64,000 nucleotides of DNA from contig NMRA01000382.1 of assembly GCA_002633005.1 (NCBI GenBank), forward strand, positions 124,001 to 188,000. The letters are read 5' to 3'. Made by a program: the position numbers and the translations under genes. Shown here piece by piece: positions 51,644 through 64,000 of this stretch. The stretch is from Phoronis australis (lineage: Eukaryota; Animalia; Phoronida). The first letter of the stretch is position 1, and the number at the start of each line of letters is the position of its first letter. The notes under the pieces were generated by a model. It was not told the origin of the DNA, made no database searches, and saw only the letters and a list, made by a program, of their open reading frames with translations.

Positions 51644-53278
51644 GTTGGTGTTTATTACTGAGCGTTCTGTTTCAAAATGAATTATTCTCACCCTAACCAA
51701 TAATTATATTAAACTGAAACAAAGTCTGTCTCATTAGATGCAATTTTAATGCCTTTGGAGTGTTCGTAAGTGCAAATGATTTGAGAAGCCAGCAGTAAAG
51801 AAATCATTGCGTCAGTGCCGGCTTTAATTAGGTACAATAAAACTAATTGGCGGGACACCGAGGCCGTGTGAGCTCATGGTAATTTAGTGTTTACTGGCAG
51901 AAAATATTGTGAAACAACTCGATTGCCATCCCACAGCCAGCTGTTAGGGGAGTCTTTATTTACATTTACTTTACTTAACTAATGATTGTCAATGTACAAC
52001 TTCTTCCCTGACGGTGCTGTGGCCAAAGCGGGACCTGAATTCGCGGCCCCCGACGAGTAAGTAGACTCAGTTTCGTGGTTAATTCACCAACACAATCACG
52101 TGAACATCACTTTAGCTCACTAATTTAGTATTTTCTTGACTGGAAGTTTAGTTTATGTTCGTGATGTCTGATCAGTTTCCGAGCCACTGGCCGGGATAAC
52201 AAGCGTTTTGTGTTTAGAACTCAAAAAATCACAAGTCTAAACAACACAGATATAGGTTCTCCTGTCTGTATCTCACGGAAATTATCTCCGAACACACCCA
52301 AGCTTCTGCTACGGACCTTATTGGCCTGCCGAACTTTGTAGGCTACGGTGTATCCGTAAGAGCGAAATAAAACAACACGTTTTTATAAGAACTCGGTGTA
52401 ATTTTAAGGGTTTTACATCGAAGTTTGATGATTTATTGGTGTTAAACGATGACTTCAAGCGATCAGCTGACACCAGTAACCCGTGTTGTGAACTGTTGAA
52501 CAGACTGCGTGTAAAACCTATGACGTCATTGGATAATTTCAACACCTCCGTCTGCCGTCAGGTGTCAGGTAACGCAACCGTACGTGTCGTTATGGAGTAG
52601 AACTACTCGATCTAAATTGATACAAATTAGGTTGTTTTTTGGGTGGCATGCTCCTTTGATGACGTCAGGTGCATAGTTCAACAATAACAATGTGACGCAT
52701 GGTGATGCGACATCAATGCTGATACACAGTGTATACCTTAGACGCAACTGGGGCCCTGTGTTTTTAACGAACTTTCATTGTAATTGAATAAATAAAATGT
52801 TGAGTCTTTTTATCAGACACTATTTGAACTATAAATGAAAAGTTTCTTACATCCATGGTGATATCAGATAATACACAAACAATACATTAACTAATGATCG
52901 TAGTTCAGGGTTTTGTGTTATTGAAATGAGGATGGTCTCAGTCTCAGGTGCAAACACAACGCGCCCTATCAAAACAACATAACGATTGCATCCTCCCAGT
53001 GACACTATCTATAGATCGGATACATCTGCTCGTGCAGTACATCTTCTGGGTGAAACAGGACATACCGTCTTTGCAATATTGACCCATTAGGTAAAAGGCA
53101 ACGCCTAGAAGAATACAGACTTGCCGTATTCTTTTGGCAAAAAGCAAGAGCATCACGCTCAGCAATCCCTCATCAACAATGGATCTGTTTTGTTTAAACG
53201 CCTCACTGGCTCGTCTCTTGATCAGTTAAATTCTGGAAAAAACACTTCATTTTCTTTTCATTATATAAATAATCGTAG

Positions 53279-53450
53279 TTTGTGGCCATCTTTAACAATT
53301 CTAATGTCGGTGAGGCAGCGGTTAATCAGTGCGCAGAAGATATTTCCCATAACCAAGCCTCAGATGGCCAAGACCCATTAGTTACAACTTGTGGCTTGAG
53401 ACGAAGATGCAGATGTTCCGATAGACCCCTACAGGTGATTGAGGCAACTG
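53279..53450 (+). CDS. Candidate exon (phase 0-1) of the extracellular multidomain gene
   Basis: TTCATTTTCTTTTC...cgtag acceptor and G|gtaaca donor. Open frame FVAIFNNSNVGEAAVNQC...TTCGLRRRCRCSDRPLQVIEAT. Phase fits the 57177 exon. Confidence 0.38.
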
Positions 53451-55841
53451 GTAACAGGCACATAATGCACATGTTTGGTAGGAAAAAATACATAGCATAC
53501 AAGATTATTTTATAATCGATTATGAACAAAGTAGTATCAGGGCAGTTTTTGGAAAAGCGTCTCCTACAGAGTGCCATTATTTTTTCAAAAAAGGATTCAC
53601 TGAAACCTTCAAAATAGTGGATTTTGCCACAGAAATTCAAAGTGAGCATACTTGAAAATAAATGTATAAAATTGGGTCATTAAATTATTCACTCAAGGTC
53701 CTTTAAAAGCATATTACTCATCTGTTACCAGCCCACTATTCATACTAATAAAAAACATTCAAACATGTGTTCTTGGGCTCCCAATTTTGTTGCAAAATTG
53801 AGGTACAGGTCTTGAAAAGAGATTGAAGTGATGGATGAAAATTCTTAAAAAGAGACCATTTACTACATCTCTTCAAACCAGACTCATGGCCTAAGTTTCA
53901 GTGTACTCACTTAAGTGTTTCTTGGTTTTATAATGCCGGCAGTTCAAGCTGTGAAGTTTTTCCGGTACGCGTATTTTACGGCAAGGGGTCTTGGAGAATT
54001 TTTATTAAAGTGTGGCTGATGCTCTTGTAGGACAGATCAACGATTTAGTTGACATCGGAGTTACTGACTTTCACTTTACACGTATGCGCAATCGTATTAG
54101 AACCCAGTGTATTCCTGTGAAAAGTCCCACAATGGACAGAGCTTGGAACGGTTTATTTCTGTTATGAAAAAATGTGGCACAGTTTAATTTCTCTTGAGAA
54201 AATGCGCATGGATATGAAGGAAGGTCAAGCTGTTTTAAATGGTAAACTGTGAACTTATGCATCTGGAGATCCGAGGGATTTATGCCCACTGTCTCCATTA
54301 CCTTTGATTTCGCGACATGATGTCATTTCTGCGCCGTATGCAGAAGTTAATGAATACACCAAAGACACCTGTCTTGATGCAGAAATTATTTGCAAAAGTG
54401 AATCACGTTCTTGTCTACTAAGCAAATTAACATTTTAGAGACGAACATCTTTTTGCTCTGTGTGGAAGATATTTGTATCTCAAATCTAGTGCGTCTTCTA
54501 GTAGTGCACTACACTTGTACTAAGCTTGACGATATTGTTATCTTTACGTGCACACCTCACACCTAATCCTCTTGACTACTTAGAACAGCGGTTTCAAAAT
54601 CACACCGTCTTTTTCTTCAAATCCATACGAGCACTATAATTTCACTCATATGATATAGTTTTGTGAAGTTAAAATAACTGCATAGAAGTAATGTATTGAC
54701 CCAAGATTTTGGGCTTAACTAAACTGTTTAACGAATAATAAAACAATGTTTTTGAAATATTATTGTTTCTATCAAGGAAGCCAGTGATAACATTGCTGCA
54801 GGAGAGAGTGGCGACAGTGGCGATTTGCTTTGTTTAAAATTTCGATATGAACTTTTGTCCAAAATAAATTAACTATTTCACATTCACAAGTGTTTCAAAA
54901 TCTCTTACGATTGTCCACAAAATTAACATGAGTCGTCATTCATAACTTTGATAATTTTTGATAATGAATTAGTAGTCAACACTCTCGTCAAGATGGAATA
55001 CTCATCTTCACGTGCAAAAAATGTATTTGGGTTCAATGCTTTGGTCCATTTTGACTCCCCTTTTGAGACTTCGCAACTATAAGTTAATTGTGAAGAAATT
55101 TGTCGACACCCTCAGCCACCACTTATCAGTTTCATTAGAATCGTTGGCATAACAGGACAATACGCTTCAAAACTCGTCCAATACCACATTTCTTTTGGTA
55201 CTTGATTATAACTGAAATTAGACTATCATACTCTATAAAGTTCGTGTTGATACCTTTAAGTCCAATACCCACAAGTTGTTAACCCTTATTGCATGGCTGC
55301 AGGATGTTATAAGGATAAAACAAGTACCTACCCTGTAACCAATATACAATCCGTAATCGAATAAAGCTTAAATAAACGCGCCACTCAGGATTTGCACCCG
55401 AAGAACACGCCGCCATTTTGAACAAACCCCGAACCTGAGAATAAAATTCATTCAGGAACCCAAGCTAAGAAAATGCCGTCAGTGCGACCTGTTACCAGCC
55501 TGCAAACGGGGGTAAAATACTCGACAGCGCGCCTAAATTTTAATAAAGTCAGGAACCGGGAATTTTTTACACAGTCGTTTCTGATTGGCTGGACAAACTC
55601 TCATCAGCTGGAGCTTAAATTCACCAAAATGCCATGACGAATGTAAGAAGTGTAACTGTGGAAAAAGTTTGTTGTCGGTTGCACAGAAAAATCGGTGCTT
55701 AATTCATTATTAAGAAATTTGAATCGGAAAGTTGTGGTTGTGCACTTTTGGAGTGCTTTTTGTACTGTCGCTGACTTTTCTTTGCGTTGCTGTCCAGTTG
55801 TATTCACACAGTCATTACGAATAACACAGTTATTAAATCTC

Positions 55842-56248
55842 CAGGGCCCGGTCTCCAATCTTTTTACTCGAAATGGAACTCGAAATTAGGTTTGGCATTT
55901 TCTACTCAACTTTTGGGCGAACTCAAGATAAGTGTCTATTAATCTAAGCTCGAGTGTACAATAACTTCCGTAGATAATTTATTGTCCTTAGTTCACAGTT
56001 TGTAAACCCAATATTAAAGCAATAAGTTCGAGTTTGAACACGAAATTTCGAGTTTTTAATCGAGCCTGTAGCACGAATATAAGGGTTTTCAAGGGCAAAC
56101 TTGAACTAGAAACTCCTGTGCATAAACTATAATGTATTCGAGCACAGTCTAATAACCAATTATCTTAAGTTCGCACAAAAGGAGCAGAGAAATTGCCAAA
56201 AATAGTTTCGAGTTCGTTTCGAGTACAAAGATTAGAGACCGGGCCCTG
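55842..56248 (+). mobile_element. Harbinger-like MITE with ~88-bp TIRs
   Basis: CAGGGCCCGGTCTCCAATCTTTTTACTCGAAA... / ...TTTCGAGTACAAAGATTAGAGACCGGGCCCTG. Confidence 0.85.
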
Positions 56249-57176
56249 ATGTCTGTGCATTGCACGTGTTTCAAGCACGCAGCAAGTCAACATTACTGCA
56301 GACAAGGAATATTTTTTTGCTTGCATGACAAGGCTTAAAACCTTCATAGATTGCCATTTTCTATTTTGTTGTAAAGCTAACCATAGACTGCCGAGGTTAC
56401 ATCAACCAGTGACAAAAACATGCTACTGAATGATACCCGCGTGTTCTCTGACCCTAGAACCAGCAAGGTATCAAATCAAGCCGAACTTTATTATTTATCT
56501 TTCGTTTTGTCATATTTTTTATCAAGCGAAACTTTTGAGGTAAAGTTTCAGAGAACGAGCGATTATCTACTACGCTGATTGAACACGTTATGGTATACAT
56601 GTACGACTGTACAGGCATCGAATCGAGAATGATGTCGATAAAAAAAAAACATCGCTGGGTCTTGGTTAATCTTATCGTACTCAAGCTGTTAACGAGAAAT
56701 TCAATATCTGAGTTAAAACACGTTAAGAAATTAAACGTTTCTGTCAATTTGATTGATATTAACCAGTATTGTATTGCCTTAAAGGAATGGCTGATGCCAT
56801 AGTTAATCTATACAGCAAAACAGGAGCTTAAATCAGCTTCCGTGATATCAATAGCGTACGTCAACACCGGTTTTTCCAGGTTGTTCGAGAAATGCACTGT
56901 CCAAGTATAAGATATTTCTGAACGGCCCGGTTAGCTTATAAGGGCATTACTATGCGCGTCTTAGACTTGACTCAATTTCAATGTCTCGTTTTTCCCCTGA
57001 ATGTTTGGCCGCAGGTACATGTACATGTAGATGTGACTGACCGGTGCTATCTTTTGGTGCGATAATATTCACCAGTTTCGAGCTGTCTTTTAACAACAAA
57101 AGTTGATTAAATATGGATTGTTTATTCGTGATCAGGAAACGTGGACAGAGCAGAGGATAATTGTTTTAAAATCCAG

Positions 57177-57340
57177 GTATGCAGTGTGTTCCACAAACGC
57201 AATGGTTTGACCGACCGTTTTTCTTCGACTCGTATAAGCCAGGCTGTTACAATTACCAGTCGAATGTGACAGCACTTGTCTCCGGTGAAACTTCGGACCA
57301 TGGAATCTGCAGATTATGGTGTGGAACAGCCAACGGCTCG
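57177..57340 (+). CDS. Candidate exon, N-terminal half of a WSC-like domain
   Basis: ccag acceptor and TCG|gtgaga donor. GMQCVPQTQWFDRPFFFDSYKPGCYNYQSNVTALVSGETSDHGICRLWCGTANGS has the Y..GCY...C...C spacing of WSC. Confidence 0.55.
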
Positions 57341-58629
57341 GTGAGAACCTCTGTTATACAGGCACAGTTGAAGTGATGCACGTGCAAGCCATCTGATGTC
57401 CAGTGCCAGGTCACATGAAACAGTTCATGATAGGGACCCAGCTTAGTTTTCTGATTTGTTCCTGTTTTGCATGTTTCACAAGAGAAATACGTAGTAGATT
57501 TAGGAAATATAGCTGAGTACCTATTTATGACTGTTTCATGCAACCAAGCACAAGAGTTTGCAACCATAGAATGTCAAATGTTTTCAAGTGTATTTAACCA
57601 TGAGATTTCTGGACGGTTGACTTTGAATGAATGGTCTTAGCCGCCATAAATAAGGAGGGACCATACCGTGGTCACAATTCCTGTAGGCAGGACAAAAGTA
57701 AATCACGATAACGCGTCAAGGAGAAAATAATTGAGTGTACTAACTGTTTCGTTCTTATTCGTAATTTGTTTTTCTGTTTTGTCTGTTTCAAAACTGTGTT
57801 TTGGTAGGTGTGACTCAGAATTAAATGCAACTGTGGCAATCATTGCCGACATACACTGGTACAGTACGCATAGGTGTCCAACAACACGTTTCAGGAATTC
57901 AGACAAATCAAAAAATATTCAGTGGCCTGCATTTTAAATCATGAGTAAACGGACTAAGTCAACAAGTAAAAGTAAGCATTTTGGGAAATAAAACAAATTC
58001 AGGGATTGTAGAAATTTGTTTTACACCCCTTTAATGCTCTTTAATGCTATTCTTAAAACACGTTACCACACATTTTTGTCAAAGTTTCAGGGCAATAACG
58101 GTACATTTATAGATATTTTAATTATTTTGTCAATTTAGCCCACAGTATGCAAATGATTTTCGACTTCCCGTTTAGTTTTATGTCTATTTCAAATTAGCTC
58201 GTAAAGCGTAAGGTATTTTGTAAAAACTAACAATTGCAGGCCTACTGTTTCAACTGCGGTATTTTAAAGAGAGCGCGATTGAAAAAAAAACAATATACGC
58301 AGGGTAATTTACCCACCCTACATCTTACGCTATCACCGAATAAATTTGCCGACCAACAGACCTCTCTCTGATCAAGCATATGCAAATCAAAATGAATGCA
58401 CTTGATAGATTTTGACCAATAAAACGGCAGTTCGATAGACAATTTACTGATCTCCTCAACAAATAATTACAATTACACCGACGAAAAGCTCAGCGAGAAG
58501 CTATTCGTTATATATGTGGTATAGTGGTTGAAACTATCAAGCTTGGCACAGAAAGAAAATTCTGTGTCAACTTTAGTTCAAGGGTTGGTTTGTCTAAGGT
58601 ATCTTGCAACTGGCAGCTTTATGAACGTG

Positions 58630-59465
58630 GTCGGTGACAGGTTACGCCTCTAGGGTGACCTTCTGACGGGTCTTTTCTGACACGTTACGAGTCATCGTAT
58701 GTATTGCGTCAGAGATGACTCGAAATGTGATTCCGAAGTGTGTCATGTTACCGCCTCATTACTATGAGACCAATAAGATATTGTAGTTTGGACAGCGATG
58801 ACGTATACTGCGATGTCAGTCAGTTTACGCCCCAACTGACCCGACACATGACTAGCCTAAAACTGAGGTCATCAGCCATTCCACTTTGCCGAATAAGGGA
58901 CACGTTTGCATACACACTCGTAAAAATTGAATGAATCATATTCCCCCCTGTGGAAAATTAAATGAATCATACCCCCGCCCTGTGGACTGTAGCACCCTGC
59001 AAACGTACAACGATGGCTTTTGCATTAGAAGAGCACGTACGGTCAAAAATGTTTTAAACGAAAAACTATTTATCCAAATAAACGAGGTCAATGCTGTGAG
59101 TGACAAGGACTGGATGATTGGGACCTTTGTTGACAGTTGTTGAGTATTTGTAGGTTCTATTTTGCTTGATCAGTGAACATCCACCAGTAGGTAATATTGT
59201 GTTCTATGCGAGGCAGTGCTGGACAGTTTTTATAAATTTTCTTTGTGTCAAATGCTCAGTGAAGACAGTGTATAATACAAGTGGTTTTTGTGGGAAAGTG
59301 GCGGCCTGTTACTGATTCTTTTTGAAGATCTAAAACATAAAACTCATCAATTACGTGGTAGCGTGTTAGAAATGTCTTGTCACGTGTCAGAAAAGACCCG
59401 TTACCAGGTAACACCAGTGGCGTTCCAAACCTGTGGAGAATTTCTCGCTTACACTTGTCACCGCT
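58630..59465. repeat. Degenerate inverted repeat pair (old MITE)
   Basis: ACGGGTCTTTTCTGACACGT at ~58666-58685 and ACGTGTCAGAAAAGACCCGT at ~59382-59401, with weaker extension on both sides. Confidence 0.6.
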
Positions 59466-59860
59466 CTGAGTCCTTAAGCGCCAGACAACTGTTACGGTCC
59501 CTATTCAGCACGCCCTTTGTATTAATGTAAATCTAAGCTAATGAAGTAGAAAAGACACTACTTTCTTAACAATGGTGGTCGTTATTACACTCAAATTGTT
59601 TTTCTCTGGCATTTGCAAAGAGTTAAAACCTGCAATATGGAGAGCAGTTTTAACTTGGTACATTTTAAATATTACAAAAAGACTAAAACGTTGATCTTGA
59701 CAAATGGCCACTTCCCAAATGAGCGTTGGTTTTAAATATGTTTCATGTTTTGTTTCATAACTTTATTTTAATACTCTGTCTACTTGCTTTTTTCAAACCG
59801 GTTAGGGTTGTTATATTTGTATTTTGTGTTTAACCGGAGCATAAAAAAACTTAGAAGTCA

Positions 59861-61134
59861 GTTGNTGGCGACACAAACATGATGTTTTTATTTTGGCGCC
59901 GTACATGTGCAATGTAGTTGCCAGGTGTCATTCAGTGTCACTTAACACTTAAGGTGGCCAGATCATGCATGCGCTATAAATATCACCAGACGCTTTACTT
60001 CTCAAAAAGTGCACCTTGATGTATTTTCTTTCATTTCTATTCGACATCACAATCGCTTTACCAAAGATTTACGCACATATGCCGCATACTAGAGACGAAA
60101 ACCTCCTTAGCACGTATTCACATCTTTCCGTTCAAAAATGTATTATTTTATATAATTGGTCAATGTCTTGTCGACAGAAAATATTTATATTTGGAACAAC
60201 GTGTACGACCAACGAATAAGGGTCTACATGTACATTTACCTAGCCAGATTTCAATGTCACCGATGCATGAAAACGGAATGCGCAAAGCTAGAATTGGTTG
60301 TAGATTCATTCCGTGTTTGGTGTCATTGTCTAAGTTCGTTTAAATCTTAATCATATGATTTTGTTTTAGAGCCTTCCAAGTCTATGTGTTTAGGCATAGT
60401 GGATTGTGAATTTCGCATCTTTCCTGCAAAGGTTAACACTATGAAAATAAAATCCGAGGAGTGAAAGCTTTTCCGTGTAACAACTCACTCAACATCCTAT
60501 CATCTTGGGCCCGTTATAGGAGAACCGCAAAGAACTTAAAAAACGCAAAAATACGAAGTTCAGCGTAACACAAACAAAAAGCAACTGTGGGCTAAGACTG
60601 CCAAAAACACGAGCTCTGTTAACAAAATGACTAAGGCATTGTATTGACCGGGAAACAGTCAATCTAATGCAAGATGTTAACTTAACGAGTCAAATTGAAG
60701 ATCAAATGTAGAGAAAACTTACACGTTTTGTTATCCAAAATTTGTTGCATTGTCCATAATTCAATGTTTATTATTACCGCTTGCCTTCAACCTTCGAATT
60801 ACTTGCAACCGATGTGGACTCAAGTAACGAAGACATAGTAAAAATAGGTTAACTTAATTGACCCTGTGGCGAGACAAATATGTATCGGCACGAAATTTGG
60901 TATCAGCCTGACAACCTATTACGCAACTGCTATTCTAGCCTAAAAATAGCAGCAAACCAGCTGCTCGGCTGATGGCCGGTTGCCAATTAAGGTCGGCAGT
61001 AGAGTTGGCTTGAGGTTCCCTTGAGTCGGCACTGCGGCCGGCCGGCAACCGGTCGGCTAATTTGACGACCGGTCGAGAGTCTGTCGTCGACTCCTAGACG
61101 ACCAGTTGAACCAAAATTGGTAATGTGTGCTGTG
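59861..61134 (-). mobile_element. Partial inverted copy of family A element (its left ~1.3 kb)
   Basis: Reverse complement collinear with 6588-~7885. Terminus reads CACAGCACACATT on the minus strand. Confidence 0.88.
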
Positions 61135-61625
61135 TGTTAAAATCATCGCACCAGCGGAAAACGAATCCGACTTCGTAAACAAGAAGAATGAACACAGTCT
61201 TAAAGTTGAGTTGATCTTTGATGAAAAAGGCAATGAATAATGTCACGCACTTTTATCATCTATGTTTCATATGTAATTGGTTTTGGGTTTCATGAATCTC
61301 CACAAGGGTAGTAATGCTTTCGAACTTGATAGATTCTTTTGCTACGGAACGCTGACCTATTATTTACAGAAAATGTATTCCGATGTGAGCAGTCCGCGTA
61401 ACTTGTTATGTCTTTTTGCCAAATGTCTTTTCAATTCAAACCTTGCAGCCACAAGGTATTTTAGTTATAATACTAACTTCAAAGTCATCAATACTGCTGA
61501 CATTTTAAAGTTTGTTTGTTTGTAATTTATCTAAATCAATCCACACCGGCCGTAATATAATTCGTTGCTTAATTCTCAGTGGGGACACTCAAGTCCTGGC
61601 AATTAACGTGTATGTACACATATAC

Positions 61626-61628
<3 letters not shown>

Positions 61629-61672
<44 letters not shown>

Positions 61673-61700
61673 CACACACACACACACACATATATATATA
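61629..61700. repeat. Compound (TA)n(CA)n(TA)n microsatellite
   Basis: Directly visible. A GT-rich tract follows at ~61790-61841. Confidence 0.97.
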
Positions 61701-63168
61701 CTAAGAGAACTATACAGATCCGGGGAAATTTTATATATGAGACCTTACTATGGGGTTGCAAAAAATTGCGGGGTATATATATATATCGGTGTTTGTGTGT
61801 ATGAGTGTGTGTTTGTGTTTGTGTTTGTATATGTGTCTGTGTATTTACGTTACTGGTGAACGTGCTTGTTACTGGTGGCACTTTCACAAATCCCAGACAC
61901 ATGGTTTTAAAAACACACAATTCAGCTAATGAGTTAAATTTTTTTAGTATTTGATTGTTTAACATGACGTACGATCTTGCGAAAAGTTTACATGAATACT
62001 GAAATGCTTTATGTTTTATATTCCAGCACGTAACAGGTTTCACAGATGGAAAGACCTGCTCTTGTTATTTACATGGAGACCTCCTCTTTAAAAGCAATCT
62101 ATCTAAGTCTTGCTGTAAGCTCACCTATTTAGGTCGTAAAGACCAAAGTTGCGGTGGACACAAGACGACGTACTTAACGGACCCAATACATCCCGGTACG
62201 ATTTGCAAGGCGTTGTGCGACTAGAACGTTTCCCGTACTTCGAAAACGCAAAAATCAAACATTTGCTGCTTAGGCACAACTTTTTTTACCCCACTAATGC
62301 TAGTATTACTCACCCGACCATCATGAATTAGTCAAAACAACTTGTGCTTTGTCAATAGCTCGATTTTTTATTTTGGCTGAAGCCCAAGGTAACATGGCAC
62401 AAGGGTGGCCAAGATTTTGATTTGTTGCCGTTGTAGCTTTTAGGTCTTTGAACGGATTTTCCTAAAACATGATAAAAAGTTAGTATGTTTTTTAAATACA
62501 GTATCCATTTTACGGCTTACGGGTGTGACGAAATTCCGCATTTCTATTTGCCAGTTTTTGAGGTATTCATAATTCATGGCAAAAATGACGAAGTATACAG
62601 CTTTGGTTTTGTTTGCACGTCTCACGGTTTATCATCAACCTCAATGTTCAACGTCACCATCGACCCAATCGCTGGTTTAGCCCTCAATGTTGCATCACCT
62701 ATTACATAATATGTTACCTTGATCAAGGTTAAAAGTGGCGTTTCGTGCATCTACATTAGGGCTATTTCTGAGACTGGCTATGGTTGCGGTGGTGTTGTCG
62801 CAATAGTCTTCAGGTTATGTGACACCACTCGGTCTTCCGGTCTTGGACGTGCGTTTTCTGCAGCTTATGTAAGGTGTGTAATGCTGTTGGCAGTGCTGTT
62901 GGAACCTCGACAGGGATACGAGTATCAACGTCGATGTCGTTTTACAAAAAGTTCATTGTGCGGTTTCTTCTTCCGATGTCGAATTCTGTGTCCATGTCTA
63001 ACCTGGTGGTCGTTCTTGGTGTCGATCTCATTCCTTCAGTTATTCCGATTAAGTTTTGCTCACGAGAGTGTTTGTACTAGATGATGGAATGAGCGAGCAC
63101 TTTGAATGTTATCTTGCCTGGTCACCAACTTTGTTACTGTACTTGACGAAATGAAACTTGCCACGTGT

Positions 63169-64000
63169 CCCTTACAAAAATGAACTTAAGTTTTTTGTTG
63201 AAAACTTAAGTTTTTAGCGAAAAAACTTAAGTTTTTGGAAAATGACTTAAATTTTAGAGGAAAAACTTAAAATCTTCCGAAAAACCTAAGTTTTTAAAAC
63301 TTAAGAAAAATTAAGTTTTTTCAGGTGTAAAACTTAAGTTTTCACAAATAAACGTAACTTTCAAGTAATAACTTAAGTTTTCATGAAAACTTAAGTTTTT
63401 TGAGCTAACAAAACTTAAGTTTTTCTGATAACTTAAGTTTATCATAAAACTTAAGTTTTTGTAATTTTAAAAACTTAAGTTTTCCTGACTTCTTAAGTTT
63501 TTCGAAAACTTTAGTTTTTCCAATTATAGAAACTTAAGCTTTCCTGACTTTTTAAGTTTTTCAGAAAACTGGATTTTTTATGTATGGAACACTTGAATTT
63601 TCAAAAAATCTAAGGTTTCTATGAAAATTTACGTTAACAAGTTTTTAAAATTTGAATATGGTGAGATGTTTAATTGTTGGTTCGAAATTTTTCCCAATAT
63701 TTTCCAACACAAAGTAATTATTTGCTCATGCAAAACCCATCATCTCATAAAAATGTTGCCCGAATGTTTCCTTAATATTTATATAGATACAAACCATAAA
63801 AGGACGACTGGTTAACCTGGTCAGTACTGATTTAGTGCAATTACGTAATCATTATCGCACGTCTTTGTGAATTTAAATGTAGACGAACATCCGCTGACCA
63901 ACATAGTAAGAATGCATCCAATGCTAATCCCCTGAGACACTGACCTGGTCAGTACAACCTAATCAATAGAACTCATGCAATTCTTCAAGAAAAACGTACT
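63169..64000 (+). mobile_element. Left end of a second family B element, running off the window
   Basis: GT|CCCTTACAAAAATGAACTTAAG, a longer AAAACTTAAGTTTT array, then about 90% identity (by eye) to ~38930-39500. Confidence 0.9.

Noticed and set aside
61512-62043. 115-aa and 146-aa ORFs
   Set aside because: Microsatellite artefacts (YIYI/THTH/VCVC).
62600-63084. Possible LTR gag/protease relic on the minus strand
   Set aside because: Composition is coding-like but no intact zinc knuckle or DTG motif could be read.

Overview
AT-rich eukaryotic genomic DNA, most like a marine invertebrate (hemichordate, cephalochordate or mollusc-type repeat landscape; the organism is inferred, not determined). 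Almost all listed ORFs are spurious. The only confident host coding sequence is a phase-1/phase-1 kringle-domain exon (3604-3885, +). Three weaker + strand exons (30562-30771 PKD/Ig-like, 53279-53450, 57177-57340 WSC-like) may belong to the same large multidomain extracellular gene. The rest looks like intron filled with transposons: two families of EnSpm/CACTA-like non-autonomous elements with palindromic subterminal arrays; three Kolobok derivatives (two with convergent THAP and KolX/P2X7-ballast-like ORFs); Tc1, L1/Tx1 and Sola3-like coding relics; hAT- and Harbinger-like MITEs; and a 2.4 kb dispersed repeat. The most unusual signals are: (i) a ~420 bp element with a tRNA-like Pol III cassette between two inverted arms, each arm carrying a minimal hammerhead-ribozyme core, flanked by a 14-bp direct repeat; (ii) a ~150-bp-period array with 11 co-oriented CTCF-like motifs; (iii) tRNA-like cassettes inside four unrelated element shells; (iv) roughly 10-fold excess of TACATGTA, shown by paralog comparison to arise as CATGTA insertions at TA (Tc1-type excision footprints). 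All alignments and counts were done by eye; no database searches were run.
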